Origin: Candidatus Latescibacterota bacterium
GTDB taxonomy: Bacteria; Latescibacterota; UBA2968; UBA8231
DNA: 64,000 bases
Assembly (NCBI GenBank): GCA_965206595.1
Contig: OZ242214.1
Location: 5,504,001 to 5,568,000 of the forward strand
Reading direction: 5' to 3'
Shown here: piece by piece, positions 49,518 through 61,961 of the stretch
Position numbering within the stretch: the first letter of the stretch is position 1
Layout: each line of letters opens with the position of its first letter
Notes under the pieces: model-generated
What the model saw: only the letters and a program-made list of their open reading frames with translations
Told to the model about the DNA's origin: nothing
Database searches by the model: none
Made by a program: the position numbers and the translations under genes

Positions 49518-52500
49518 ATGCATTTTAGCAGAAAACTGATTCTTCTCACCGCGTTCATGGTGGGCTTGGGCTTCGTCGGAAGCGGCGAGGTGCACGCCGC
49601 GGCGCTGGTCAAGAGCGTGCAGATCACCTCGCCGGACAGCGGCGCCCTGCTCGGAATCGACGGGAAGTTCCAGGTTCGCGTCTCGGTGGAGGACTTCCTG
49701 GAGCAGGACGACCTCAGGGTCTACATCTTCCTGGCCAAGGAACGGCCGATTGACCCCCGGGGCAAACTGTTGACGAAGACGAGTCCCTGATCCGAGAACC
49801 GAGGTGCAGTTGCCCGACAACATCAACGGAGACCTCTCAACTTCGGAAATGATAGCAGGGAATACTTGCGGGGGGACCTCGAGGCATGACTAACTTCCGT
49901 GCCGGGGTTCGGCGTTGAAGGGAGCCAAGAACCGGACGGCTCATCCTTTCCGACAGGGGCAGAACGATGGGGCTGCAGACCGGAGGATTACCCGATGGCG
50001 GTCGACGGCGATTCGCTGGTCCTGGTAAGCACAAGCGGACGACACACGGTGTTCGTCTGGTACGGAAAGGTGCCACACTCATCCGGTACGAGGAGGCCAA
50101 GGTAATCAGGGCCGCGGCTTTCGTCATGACGACCCCGACTGACCCGGGATTCCGTGTTGCCTATTCGAAGGAGACGATCAGCATCGACGCCGACCGTACG
50201 CCAAGCCCCGCACCCGACATCCAATGGAGACCTTCCGTTTATAACCCGATGGGCTCGGACTTTTTGGGATTTGGACGGCCCAGAGATTTCAGTTACATCG
50301 GCCAGGAGATGGACTGGATCGGGACGACAATGGCGATGGCACTAACGGCGACTTTTACACCAGGACAGGAAGTGGATACGAACTGGACATGGATGTTGGG
50401 AGGTTCGGTGCCGTAAACAGGCATGTCGGCACCTCCAGCTTGAATACCGATCACGGGGTTCTGGGCATCGGGGATACCCTCAAGCTCTGAATGTCCTTGG
50501 GAACCTCGGACGCCTACCGGGGCACGGATGACTACAACAAGCTCATTCTCGATATCTTCGGCAAGGAGAGGCTCGTCTACCAGAGGGACGTTTCCAGTCT
50601 CCGCGCAACGGGGATGTCGTGACCTATAACTTCGGTCTCAAGGAAGGAGGATTTCGACGACTTCAGCGAGGGCAAGGAATCACGATTCCGATGGCAGCCA
50701 GGACGACCGGGAAGCCGACGCTATCCCTCACGCGCCAACCCCCGACGGTATTACCGATACCTTGCATTCTTTTTTGTCGACAAGGCCGGCAATCGCAGCA
50801 AGGGCCAGCTAGCGCTGAAAGGAGACGAGCGATCAGGATGAGGCCGGGGGACTCCGGTTGGAGCCGCCGCCATAACGAAGCTGCTTTTCGACGCCAAGAA
50901 GCCGGTGCTCGACTCCGTCAACGGCGACACCATCCTTCCGGTCAGCGTCGATACCATCAGCGACGGCAGCCGCAAGGCCGAGCGCGGCCGTCGCATCGGG
51001 TGCGGACGACAACCCGGATGACCTATAAGTTGAACAGCACTCTCGACTCGCTGGTCGTCAAGTTCGACGGGGCCGAGCAAGACAACCCTTCCGATAGAGC
51101 AGGCCGGTCTCGCGATCAACGGCGATGATCTTCTTGAGGGCACTCAGGGTTCTCCACTGAAAAACACTCCGAGTACACGGTCGATTTCACCCAGTTCGGC
51201 GAGACGGAGCCGCAGTTGGAAGGTGAAGACGCAACGGGCAGTCAGATACTCGTGTGGGTTTCCAAAAAGGGGATAAGCTCGTTAGACCATTTCGAGGTGG
51301 ATTACGGCCAAAAGGAAGAGGTCGGCTGAAGACCGGCATGTACACGATCAAGTTTCACCGGGACCGATGTCGCCGGTAACGTAGGCCCGACGCTGACCCG
51401 CGAGAACGTCTACGTCGACGTCGACGAACATCGATTTCATCCGCTCCTTCCCGTTTGGCGAAGGAGCCGAGGAATCCGGTCTCGACACCATTGAGGCGAA
51501 GACTGCGGTGGTCGTCTTTCGCTGAGTGAGCCTGCCGACTCCGTATCGATCGAAGTACAAGGGGATCGCCTCGGGAGCGGACGCGGATTCAAACGAGGTG
51601 GACAGCAGTCGCGGACCTACCAGCTCGTCGGTGGCCAGCTGACCAACACCACCTCCCAGCAGAAGTTCCCGATCCCCGGGCTCCAGCACGACAACCAGTA
51701 CATCCTGCAGGTCCGCTCGCGATCTGAACGGCAACTGGTTCGAGTCGGGCGGATACCTTCTGGTACAACACCGACCTTCGTAGTTCCGCAGGCCGCCAAG
51801 TTTGCCGTCAAGGTCACGGTGCCGGACTGAATCGGGCAACGGGCGATGCAAAACCGCTCTCGATAAGGATATTGAGACGGGTGAGATCGGTAACTCTGTC
51901 GGCCTTGGCGGTCACCGACGGAAATGACGCCGTCACCTACGACCAGCCTGCAACCCTGACGATCGCCGGCAGTGAAGGTATTGATTTGATCGAAGACAAG
52001 AGCGTCGGTGCCACCGACAACGGAGATGGAACCATTTCGTTGAACGGTGAGGACTGGGTAATCGGTCGCGCGACATCGTTTTTTCCGGATACCGTTACGT
52101 CGGGGAGACCCTCACTATCAGCATTGAAGCGGATGACGATTCCACCCTGGTTGGGGAAGCGGACTCGGTGACGGTTATCATCCCGACGCTTACAACCAGA
52201 TCCTCGTGTAAGCCCCGGACACGGTCACGCAGGGCGAAAACTTCATGGTTGATGTCGTGATCGCCGACAAGTTTGGTAACCAGCGGGTGGAGGACAACCG
52301 CTTCGTGGCCGTAAGCACCAACACGATCGGGGTCCAGGTTCCGCCGGAGAGGCGTTTCACATTTCCAAGGGCGCCGGCAGCTTTCATGGTCAACAGTTCC
52401 GGCTGGTCCGGTGGCGATCTGACTCTTACTGTCCGGGATATCGCTGCCCAATTGAAAAGAGCGACCTGAAAAGGCTGTTGAGACTTTGGTCGCCAACAGG

Positions 52501-54434
52501 CTCGGCACGGAACGGCCACTGTATATGTCAAGGCCTCCGGAGAGCCTGCTCCTCCTGATCCGGACGCCGAGATCGACGCCCCGGATCAGCTGGTTGCCGA
52601 GGATTACCGCGGCGCCAGTGGCGAGGGCGACCAGGGCGGTTTCGTTCTGCTGACCTGGGACGCGTCCGACGATCACGATACCCTCGACAAGTACCGCATC
52701 TACCGCGAGATCGCAGTGACCACTGACGCGGACTCTACCGGTGCTCTGGTTACCTTGGAAGAGCCCGCAGCCGCGGCCGTCCACTGGGGCACGGTCGATG
52801 CCATTCCAGGCGCGGATGTCATGCGCGTCGTCGTGGCCACCCTCGATTCGGATGCCGCGCGTTTCGCGGTGGCAGCCGAACGGGATGGTCAGAGCACCCT
52901 CAAGCAGGCCTTCGGGTTCGGCGAGGGTGTTGCCAATCAATACGAGCTGATGGCTCAGACCATGTCCAGGAGCAAGGAAGCGGCAGCTCCGGTTTCCGAT
53001 GCTCCGGTTTTCGCTACCCTGAGCCCGGAAGCCCTGGCTTTCCAGGCCAAGGGGATCGTTCCGCTGCTGAAGGGCATCGAGAACGACGTGCTCCTGTCTG
53101 CGATGACCTATTCGGAAGTGGTCAAGGCCATCGACAATATTCCGCCGGGTGCGGTTCCTTACCTGAAGGTGCTCGACACTCCGGTCGATGCCGGCGGCAG
53201 CATCACCGTTGCCTGGACCAGGTCTCCTGACGATCGCATCCTGACCACCACGGTCGGAAATGCTGTCGGCAGCAGCCAGGTTTACACGGTCGCCGGCGTC
53301 GAGGGCTACAACGTCTATCGCAAGATCGGCGACGCGGCCTTCGAGCTGATCGGCCAGGCTGGGGCGGGCGAGGATTCCTTCGCTGACGCCACTGTCTTCA
53401 ACGGCGTGCGCTACACCTACCAGGTGAAGCCCTACGACATGGACAACATCACCGAGAGCGAGTTCGAGGGGACGGCGATGGCGATCCGTAACCGGGTTCA
53501 TGACGCCAACGGCAACCCCGTTCTCGGACTATTCGGGAGTGACAATCAGGTCGGTTTTGACGACTTCTTCATCCTCGCGGACCAGTTCGGTATGACCGTT
53601 GAGGACGCGTCTTTCGAGCCGGCTTTCGACCTCAGTCCCAACAACAAGATTGATCTCAACGACTTCTTCACTTTTGCCGATTTCTTCGGCAGGACGGCGG
53701 AAGGCGCTGGGAAGGCGTTGCCGATCTCGATGGCTGGTCTGAACAGCGACGCTCGCTTCTACCTCGACGCCGGCAGCGAGTTGCCGAGGGTCGGAGAGGA
53801 GTTGGCGCTACTGGTCAGCTTGCAGGACTTCGTCGAGCTCCAGGGCTACGGGTTGGGCGTAAGCTACGATCCGCAGGTTCTGACCTACGTGGGTGCAAGG
53901 GTGGAGAACGGCATCCTGGGCGCCGGCGACTTTGCTGAAGGTCAGCTGGTGTCCCGGAAGGACGGGCTCCTGTCGCTCGCCGCTTTTGGCGACGTGGCCA
54001 CCGAAGGCGATCTCGGTCTCAGCCTCGTCTTCCGCTCTCTGAGGGAGATCGAGGACAGCTACATCGACATCGTTGACGCCGAGGTCAGAGACGGCAACTA
54101 CGGCTTGAACACGCTGGCCACTCCGGTTTCGGTACGGATTCAGACACGTCCCGAAGTCTACGCGCTTCGGAACAACTACCCGAATCCGTTCAACCCGGAG
54201 ACCACGCTCAAGTACGACTTGCCGGATGCTGGTGACGTGAAGCTGGAAGTTTACAATATGCTGGGGCAGGTGGTCAGGACTCTGGTCAATGAGCACCAGA
54301 CCGCCGGCCGTTACGCGATCCAGTGGGACGCCACCAACGAACACGGTCAGAACATGTCTTCGGGGATCTACTTCTACCGCGTCCAGGTAGGAGGCGAGTT
54401 CACCGACGTCAAGAAGATGCTGCTGCTCAAGTAG
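49518..54434 (+). CDS. Giant secreted surface protein (about 1600 aa if repaired): Ig/FN3-like domains, dockerin-like EF-hand pair, cohesin-like domain, C-terminal FlgD-Ig/T9SS-type sorting domain; many frameshifts at about 49750-52500
   Basis: RBS GAGGAGG and signal peptide MHFSRKLILLTAF...VHA. Protein-like text continues by frame hopping (FFVDKAGN, TGTDVAGNVGP). Open frame from about 52500 ends in NYPNPFNP...SSGIYFYRV...KKMLLLK. Confidence 0.75.
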
Positions 54435-54456
54435 TCGGAGGGCAAGGCAGCGAAAT

Positions 54457-54493
54457 TGAGACGGGACCCTGCCCTCGCGGGGTCCCGTACTCA
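54457..54493 (+). terminator. Strong GC hairpin after the giant gene, without a U-tract (terminator or stabiliser)
   Basis: TGAGACGGGACCC...GGGTCCCGTACTCA inverted repeat. Confidence 0.55.
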
Positions 54494-54583
54494 TATTAGA
54501 CGGAAACTATGAGAGCAGAAGCTGAACGCAGTTCAATCGGGATGGCCAACTTGGGTAACGTATCATTGATCAGGAGAGAGGAA

Positions 54584-56125
54584 ATGCTCAACCGCGTGCG
54601 AAAGGCCGCGCCATTTGCCCTCGCCTTCGTAATCGTTCTGGCTGGTGTAGCTTTCGCAGGTGACAATGAAAATGTCACCTTTTCTACTACCAGTGATACG
54701 GAGGTGGCCGGGATAGGTGCTGGGGGAACGGTTTCCCTCAACGTCACCGGATCGGGTATGGTCGGCGTATCCCAGTATGACATGACAATTACAGTCACCC
54801 CCGCCGACGCCTTCGACATGGCGGCAACGGCGTTCACCCCTGCACCCGACTTTATCGCTCCGGGAACGGAGGTGGATGAAGGTTGGGTGAAAGTCGGTGC
54901 GGCAAATTTCAGCGGGTCAATCGATGGGGATTCTCCTCTTGGGGATTTCGTTCTGACCGCTTCGGAGTCCTTTGATGTGGCTACGGAAGCGACCATAACC
55001 GTTTCCATGGTGTCCGTCGGCCCTTCTTCCACTGACCGCGATGAGTTCGATGCCGATGCGGTCGGCATTTCAATCACGGTGAACCCCCCGATTACCGAGC
55101 CCAGGTTGTCAGCCGTTGGCGCCACCGACCTCAGTCTTGATTTTTCGGCGATGGTCGGTGAGGGAGGTACTGCTGACGGCAGCTCCGGAGAGGTGACCCT
55201 CGGGGTCAACTTCATGGACGCGACCGGGGCGGCAATGGAGAACCAGGAGGTCACCTGGTCGATAACCAACAACGGCGCCGAGTCTGTTTTTCTGCTTGGG
55301 GACGACCTCCGGGAGATAACGGCTAACACTGCGGACGTGGCGGTGACTTCCACCACCGGTGCCGATGGCTTGGCCTCTATTACCCTGGACTGCGAAGGGG
55401 ACGACGATTCCGGGAGCACCAGTGTCACCCTTTCCGCCAGCACCAGCGCCCTCAATTCCGTAGGGGAGTCGCTCGATCTAAGTGTGGGGTTCAGCATCAC
55501 TTGGGACGTTCCGGTTCCGGCAGAGTTGGCGAGCTTCGCCGCGGAAGTTACCGGTGACCGCGAGGTCTTGCTGAGGTGGGGGGTTGTTTCCCAGACCAGC
55601 AACCTTGGCTGGGAGATATTCCGCAGCACCGATGATTCCGTTTACGAGCGGATCGGCGATTTGGTTCCGGGAGAGGGTACGATCGATGTTTTCACGACCT
55701 ACGATTTCATTGATTCCAACCCACCCCTTTCCGAGGTAGTCTACTACTATCTCAAGCAAATAGACCTCGATGGCTCTTCAACGCGTTCGCAGGTGATTTC
55801 GGTCTTTTTCGGTTCCACCGTTATCGACCTCGATCTGGTCCCGACCGTTACTGCTTTGGGCCAGAATTTCCCCAACCCGTTCAACCCCGAAACGACCATA
55901 AGCTTCGACTTGGCCGCACAAGCCCAGGTCACGCTGACCGTTTACGATGCCACCGGCCAGACCGTTCGGACGCTGGTTAACGGCGAGTATTTTTCAGCTG
56001 GAAACTACCGGCGGGTCTGGAACGGGCTGAACCGGAACGGGGAGGCTGTAGGTTCGGGGGTGTACTTCTACGAGTTGAATGCAGGGGAGTTCACCTCGAT
56101 GAAGAAGATGACCTTGGTCAGATAA
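54584..56125 (+). CDS. Secreted acidic protein: cohesin-like N-domain, Ig-like domain, C-terminal FlgD-Ig/T9SS-type sorting domain
   Basis: Signal peptide MLNRVRKAAPFALAFVIVLAGVAFA; VPAELASFAA...LRW...SNLGWEIFRS; QNFPNPFNP...GSGVYFYEL...KKMTLVR. Confidence 0.85.
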   Translation: MLNRVRKAAPFALAFVIVLAGVAFAGDNENVTFSTTSDTEVAGIGAGGTVSLNVTGSGMVGVSQYDMTITVTPADAFDMAATAFTPAPDFIAPGTEVDEGWVKVGAANFSGSIDGDSPLGDFVLTASESFDVATEATITVSMVSVGPSSTDRDEFDADAVGISITVNPPITEPRLSAVGATDLSLDFSAMVGEGGTADGSSGEVTLGVNFMDATGAAMENQEVTWSITNNGAESVFLLGDDLREITANTADVAVTSTTGADGLASITLDCEGDDDSGSTSVTLSASTSALNSVGESLDLSVGFSITWDVPVPAELASFAAEVTGDREVLLRWGVVSQTSNLGWEIFRSTDDSVYERIGDLVPGEGTIDVFTTYDFIDSNPPLSEVVYYYLKQIDLDGSSTRSQVISVFFGSTVIDLDLVPTVTALGQNFPNPFNPETTISFDLAAQAQVTLTVYDATGQTVRTLVNGEYFSAGNYRRVWNGLNRNGEAVGSGVYFYELNAGEFTSMKKMTLVR

Positions 56126-56175
56126 TTTCAGAATCGCGGCGAACCGCCGGCTCGATCGGTGGTCTGCCAGGGAGT

Positions 56176-56216
56176 AGGCCGCCGGGTGTGTTTTCCCTCG
56201 GCGGCCTTTTTCTTTT
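56176..56216 (+). terminator. Rho-independent terminator
   Basis: AGGCCGCCG...CGGCGGCCT followed by TTTTCTTTT. Confidence 0.8.
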
Positions 56217-56251
56217 CCCCGCCTTGCCGGTTTAGCCGGCGTGACCCTCCT

Positions 56252-56500
56252 ATGCGAATAAAGCTTCTGCTGTTTGCCGGTTGCCGGGAGGCGGTCGGTA
56301 CAAAGGAACTGGAGATCGAGTTGCCGGAGGCAGCCTCGACGGTAGAGAAAGCCTTGGAGGAAATTCTCGACAGGTTCCCGCAATTGCGGGGAATCGCGAA
56401 ATCGGTTGCCATTGCCAGGAATGCCGAGTACGTGGCCGGGGACACTCCGGTTGCGGACGGGGATGAGCTGGCGATCATCCCGCCGGTGAGCGGAGGATGA
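56252..56500 (+). CDS. moaD: Molybdopterin synthase sulfur carrier subunit
   Basis: LLFAGCREAVG; C-terminal GDELAIIPPVSGG. Confidence 0.93.
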   Translation: MRIKLLLFAGCREAVGTKELEIELPEAASTVEKALEEILDRFPQLRGIAKSVAIARNAEYVAGDTPVADGDELAIIPPVSGG

Positions 56501-56519
56501 AGGGACAGGCAGGTATTCG

Positions 56520-56981
56520 ATGCTCTTCAGGATAACTGACGGCCCCATTGCTCCGGATGCCCTGCACGACGAGGTCCGGGCGAACGGGGACGGAGCCGTG
56601 GTGACTTTCGCCGGTGTGGTTCGAGATCACGGCAACGGCAAGCGCACCGATCACCTGGTTTATGAGGCATATGGGCCAATGGCCGAGCAGGAAATGGCGA
56701 AAATCGGTGAGGAGGCGGCTTCGAGCTGGAATATCGACGACATCGCCATTATGCATCGAGTCGGGCGTCTCGAGATAGGAGAGATCAGCGTTTTGGTAGC
56801 GGTGTCCAGCCCCCATCGCGCCGAGGGTTTTTCCGCATGTCAGTTCGCCATCGACCGCCTGAAGCAGACCGTGCCTGTCTGGAAGAAGGAGATGTCCGAG
56901 GACGGCGAGTACTGGGTGGAGGGGCCGGGAATGCACAAGCCGAACGCTGCGGCGGCAAGGTGTTCAACTTCAGCTGGGTAG
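56520..56981 (+). CDS. moaE: Molybdopterin synthase catalytic subunit
   Basis: GAVVTFAGVVR, YEAYGPMA, HRVGRL, SPHR, LKQTVPVWKKE. Confidence 0.95.
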   Translation: MLFRITDGPIAPDALHDEVRANGDGAVVTFAGVVRDHGNGKRTDHLVYEAYGPMAEQEMAKIGEEAASSWNIDDIAIMHRVGRLEIGEISVLVAVSSPHRAEGFSACQFAIDRLKQTVPVWKKEMSEDGEYWVEGPGMHKPNAAAARCSTSAG

Positions 56982-57445
56982 TTCCGGGAAAGCTGGCGGC
57001 CAGCGGCATGTTGGGCGGCCCCTATGAGAGCTTCTTCAACGGGTCCCAAACTTTGTCGGAAGACCTGGAATTTGCCGCCCTGCAGGAGATCGGGGCGCTC
57101 GTTTCCCTGACCGAATCCGCTTTGGATAGGGGAAAAATCAGTGCCTTCGGGTTCGAATATCTCCACCTGCCGGTGGAGGACATGAAGGCCCCCCCGGTCG
57201 AGGATTGCCGCCGTTTCGTCGAGTTCGTCGCCGACAGGATCGATCGGGGCGTTGCCGTCCTCGTCCACTGCATCGCCGGCAGGGGGCGCACCGGAACCAT
57301 GCTGGCCTGCTTCTTCGTTCAACAGGGTCGCGGTCCGCTGGAGGCGTTGGAGCTGGTCCGCAAGCTCCGCCCCGGTTCGGTGGAAACAGAGGCCCAGGAG
57401 GCCGCCGTCCTGGAGTTCGCCGCATGGTACAAGGGTCGCGGCTGA
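56960..57445 (+). CDS. Dual-specificity/protein-tyrosine phosphatase family protein
   Basis: FNFSWVVPGKLA, LPVEDMKAP, VHCIAGRGRTG (CX5R), RPGSVET. Confidence 0.88.
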   Translation: MFNFSWVVPGKLAASGMLGGPYESFFNGSQTLSEDLEFAALQEIGALVSLTESALDRGKISAFGFEYLHLPVEDMKAPPVEDCRRFVEFVADRIDRGVAVLVHCIAGRGRTGTMLACFFVQQGRGPLEALELVRKLRPGSVETEAQEAAVLEFAAWYKGRG

Positions 57446-57535
57446 GAACAGTATCCCCTCGCGCCGGACGCGCGAGGTCACCAACCTTGCTATAGGTAAT
57501 CAACCTCAACAGGATATTGGGAGGGGAGGTTCCGG

Positions 57536-57727
57536 ATGGAAACCAGTTTTCCGGCATGCCATAGGTGCGACAAAGGTGTCCTGGTTCCGCTTTCCGACTA
57601 CGGAAGGGACGGGGCGTCGATTCATTACAAGGCCTGGGTCTGCACCAACCCCGAGTGCGGATTCCACATCCGCATCGACAATGGCGAGCTGAGCGTCGGC
57701 AAGGAATTGAAAGAGGCCTACAAGTAG
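57536..57727 (+). CDS. Small Zn-ribbon protein, 63 aa
   Basis: CHRC...CTNPEC; RBS GGAGG. Confidence 0.8.
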   Translation: METSFPACHRCDKGVLVPLSDYGRDGASIHYKAWVCTNPECGFHIRIDNGELSVGKELKEAYK

Positions 57728-57786
57728 GGGCGGTTTCTTTTCACTGGAGGCAGCCCTTTCTTCACCTCCGGGCACGGGGGTCCGGA

Positions 57787-58749
57787 GTGCAGCAACGGCA
57801 ACAGGCATTGGACAGACAGAAATCCGGCGAACTCGGAGTGAGGTTCGGAGCAGTTCTCCTGGCATGCCTGGTCTGGTTGTACGCCGCCACGGAGCTGACC
57901 TACCGCACCGAACTCGACATCCGGTTGCAGGTTGCCGATCCGCCCCCGGCCAGGGACGGGACCCCGATCGTCGTCGCCAACCCCGTTCCTGAGTGGGTGT
58001 CCGTAGTGGTATCGGGACGCGGAAAGGACATCCTGCTGCTGGAAGAGGATGCCTTCCTGCTCCGCGTCAAGCCGCCGGTGGGTCGCCCGGGTGTGAGGCG
58101 CAAGTTCCGACTGATGCCGGAGCAGGTGGTCAGCAAGACCGAGCTGCCGGTCCGCGTCGAGGAGATCGTGGCGCCGAAAGAGGTCGAGGTGGTATTGGAC
58201 AAGCTGGTGGAGGCGAACTTGCCGGTACGGGCGCAGACCGACGTCCAGGTCGCCGAATCCTACATCCAGGTCGGACCGGTGGAAGTGATCCCCGGGACGA
58301 TTCTGGTTTCGGGGCCCGCCTCCCAGGTCCGCGCGCTCTACGTGCTTCACACCGATTCCCTGGCTCAATCCGGGGTCAGGCGGGATATCGCCGCCAGGCT
58401 TCCGCTACTGCTGCCCGAGGGCACCCGCCTCGAGATGAGTTCCGACCATGTGACCGTTCGGGTCGACGTCCAGGAGCTGGCCGAGTACGACATCGCCAAC
58501 GTCCCGGTGAGAATACCCGGGGCCGGGGTTTCCTCCCTGGCTGCCAGGCCGTCGCGCGTCACCGTCCGCGTGCGGGGAGGCGCCGACGTCATCGGCCGGC
58601 TGGATCCGGAATCGGAAATCGATCTCTTCGCCGACATCCAGGGCGGGTCCGGGGTGGCGGGAGCGGAGGTCCGGATCGCCCCGGGGCCGGCCCGGAATTT
58701 CGAGATCAGGGAGATCACCCCGGAGTTCGTGACCCTCGTCAGGCGCTGA
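57787..58749 (+). CDS. YbbR/CdaR-like domain protein
   Basis: N-terminal TM (AVLLACLVWLY) and repeated V.VSG/V.VRG YbbR-like beta units; start uncertain. Confidence 0.75.
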   Translation: MQQRQQALDRQKSGELGVRFGAVLLACLVWLYAATELTYRTELDIRLQVADPPPARDGTPIVVANPVPEWVSVVVSGRGKDILLLEEDAFLLRVKPPVGRPGVRRKFRLMPEQVVSKTELPVRVEEIVAPKEVEVVLDKLVEANLPVRAQTDVQVAESYIQVGPVEVIPGTILVSGPASQVRALYVLHTDSLAQSGVRRDIAARLPLLLPEGTRLEMSSDHVTVRVDVQELAEYDIANVPVRIPGAGVSSLAARPSRVTVRVRGGADVIGRLDPESEIDLFADIQGGSGVAGAEVRIAPGPARNFEIREITPEFVTLVRR

Positions 58750-58755
58750 CCGACC

Positions 58756-59786
<1,031 letters not shown>

Positions 59787-59790
<4 letters not shown>

Positions 59791-61961
59791 GCGAGTGGTT
59801 GGATATCGATGCCGGCTGGAGCGGTAGCAGGCTCGTCCTCCTCGCCGCGCCGCCGCTGTTGGCGTTCGCGTACTGGGTCTACTCCCGGACGCTGCCTGCC
59901 CCGCCGAGAGGCAGAGCGTGGCTTCTCCGCATTCTCAGGGGGATCGTTCTCCTCACCTGCCTGCTGCTGATCGCCGATCCGTTCCTCGAGATCGCGCGCC
60001 AACAGGCTGTGCGTCCGGTCCTGGCTACCCTGCTCGACAGGAGCCGCAGCATGGCGGTCGCCGCTGGGGGGGACTCGAGAATCTCGAGAGCCCTAGACCT
60101 GCTGCGCGACGACGGGTTTTCCAGGCTCCGGAGCACCATGAGGGTCGAGCCCTTCGCCTTCTCCGGGGATGCGGAGCCGGTCTCCCTCGATACGGTCGCC
60201 GCCACGCGCGGGGATGCTACCGATATCTCCCGGGCCTTGACCGCGGCCGTCGAGGGCCGCACCGGCCCGGACGAGGTTTCCGCGATTCTGCTGCTGTCCG
60301 ACGGTGCGCACAATTCCGGGGCCGATCCGGTCGCCGTTGCGGAAGAGCTGGGGGTGCCCGTGTACGCGGTAGGTATCGGCGCGCAGTCGGAGCAGCCCCG
60401 GGATATCCAGGTGCTGTCCGCGGAGGCTCCCGCCGCGGCCTTCGTCGGCCAGCCGTTCCCGGTCCGCGTCGAGGTCCGCGGCTGGGGTGCCGGAGAACCG
60501 GTGACCCTGAGATTGAGCGAGAACGGCCGGGAGCTGGCCGCCGTAGAGGCCTCCATCCCTCCCGGCGGACAGCCCGGGTCCTTCGAGCTCCAACATGTCC
60601 CAGAGGCGGCCGGACCCAGGCTTTACGAGGTCTCCCTGCCGGCGCTGGCGGGTGAGTTCACGCGCGCCAACAACCGCCTTCTGCTGCCGGTGACCGTGCA
60701 GCGGGACCGGGTTCGCGTGGAGATCCTCGCGGGGGCCCCGGGACCGCAGCTGACCTTTCCCCTGCGTGCCCTGCAGGCGGACTCGACGCTGGCCGTGAAC
60801 GCCGCGGTCCTCAGGAACGAGAGCGAGTTCTACGAGATCGGTTCCTTCGCAGCCATGGCCGAGAGGATCGCCGCCGCGGATGTCCTCTTCCTGGTGGATC
60901 CCCCGCGGCTGCTCCTCGATCGCCTCGCGGGGGCGATCGCGCGGCACCTGGAAGGCGGGAGCGGCCTGCTGATGGTGGTGGGCCCCGAGAGCCTCGAGGG
61001 CTGGGACGGCGGCTCACCGGCGGCTCGCTGGCTGCCCCTGTCGGTCCCGCGCGGGGCGGCATTGGCGGCCGTGCCCGCGGCAGTTGCGGTGACCTCAGCC
61101 GGGAGCAATCACCCGGTTCTGCTGGTGGGGTCCGGCGCCCTCGGAGCGAACCGTTCCGAACCTCGGGACCTTTCCGCTTCGACATGGCCGCGACTGCCGC
61201 CCATCGCCGGCCTCGTTCCCGGCCTGAAGCCGAAGCCGGGAAGCGAGGTGCTCCTCCATTCCGGCGGCATCCCGGTGGTCGCCTGGGGAATGCACGCCGG
61301 AGGCAGGGTGATCGCCGCCTGCGGCAGCGGCTTCTGGAGGCTGGACTTCGCCGCCGCGGGTGCGGGCGAAACCCCGGAGACGATCCGGGAGTTCTGGAGA
61401 AACGCGGTGAAGTGGCTGGCCGAGGCGGGGACGGGCGGCAGGGTGCGCGTGGCGCCGGAGAGGCCGGTATACCGCAGCGGAGAGGAGGTCGCAGTGTATG
61501 TGACCGTATTCGACGAGCTGATGCGGCCCCTGCCCGGCGCCGAGGTCACCGCCGCGGTCGCAGGGCGATCGCCGCAGGCCCTGCAACCGCAGGGGGACGG
61601 GCGCCATCGCGGGGCCTGGACCGGACTCGGGGTCGGCCCACATACAGTAACCGCCGCGGCCCGCTGGAACGGGGAAACGGTCGGCAGAGATTCGGTGAGG
61701 TTCGTCGTCGACGCCTACTCGCTGGAGTCTTCCGACGTTCGCCCCGACCACCACCTGTTGCGCCGGGTGGCCGCGGCGAGCGGAGGGGAATTCCTCACAG
61801 CGGAGGACTGGAACGCCGCGCTCGAGCGCCTGGAGACGCCGCCGCGTCTGATCTCGGAGACAACGAGGTTCGAGCCCTGGGGCAGGTCCTGGGTACTGGC
61901 AGTCCTGGTCGCCGCGCTCGCGGCCGAGTGGGTGCTGCGCAAGCGCGGTGGCATGCTGTGA
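59787..61961 (+). CDS. Membrane-anchored vWA domain protein with glutamine amidotransferase-like and Ig-like domains
   Basis: Two N-terminal TMs, LDRSRSM (MIDAS), LLSDG, VYAVGIG, C-terminal EWVLRKRGGM. Confidence 0.8.

Noticed and set aside
49750-52500. Short ORFs as separate genes, or programmed frameshifting
   Set aside because: Fragments join into one continuous protein; shifts are too many and lack a recurring slippery motif.
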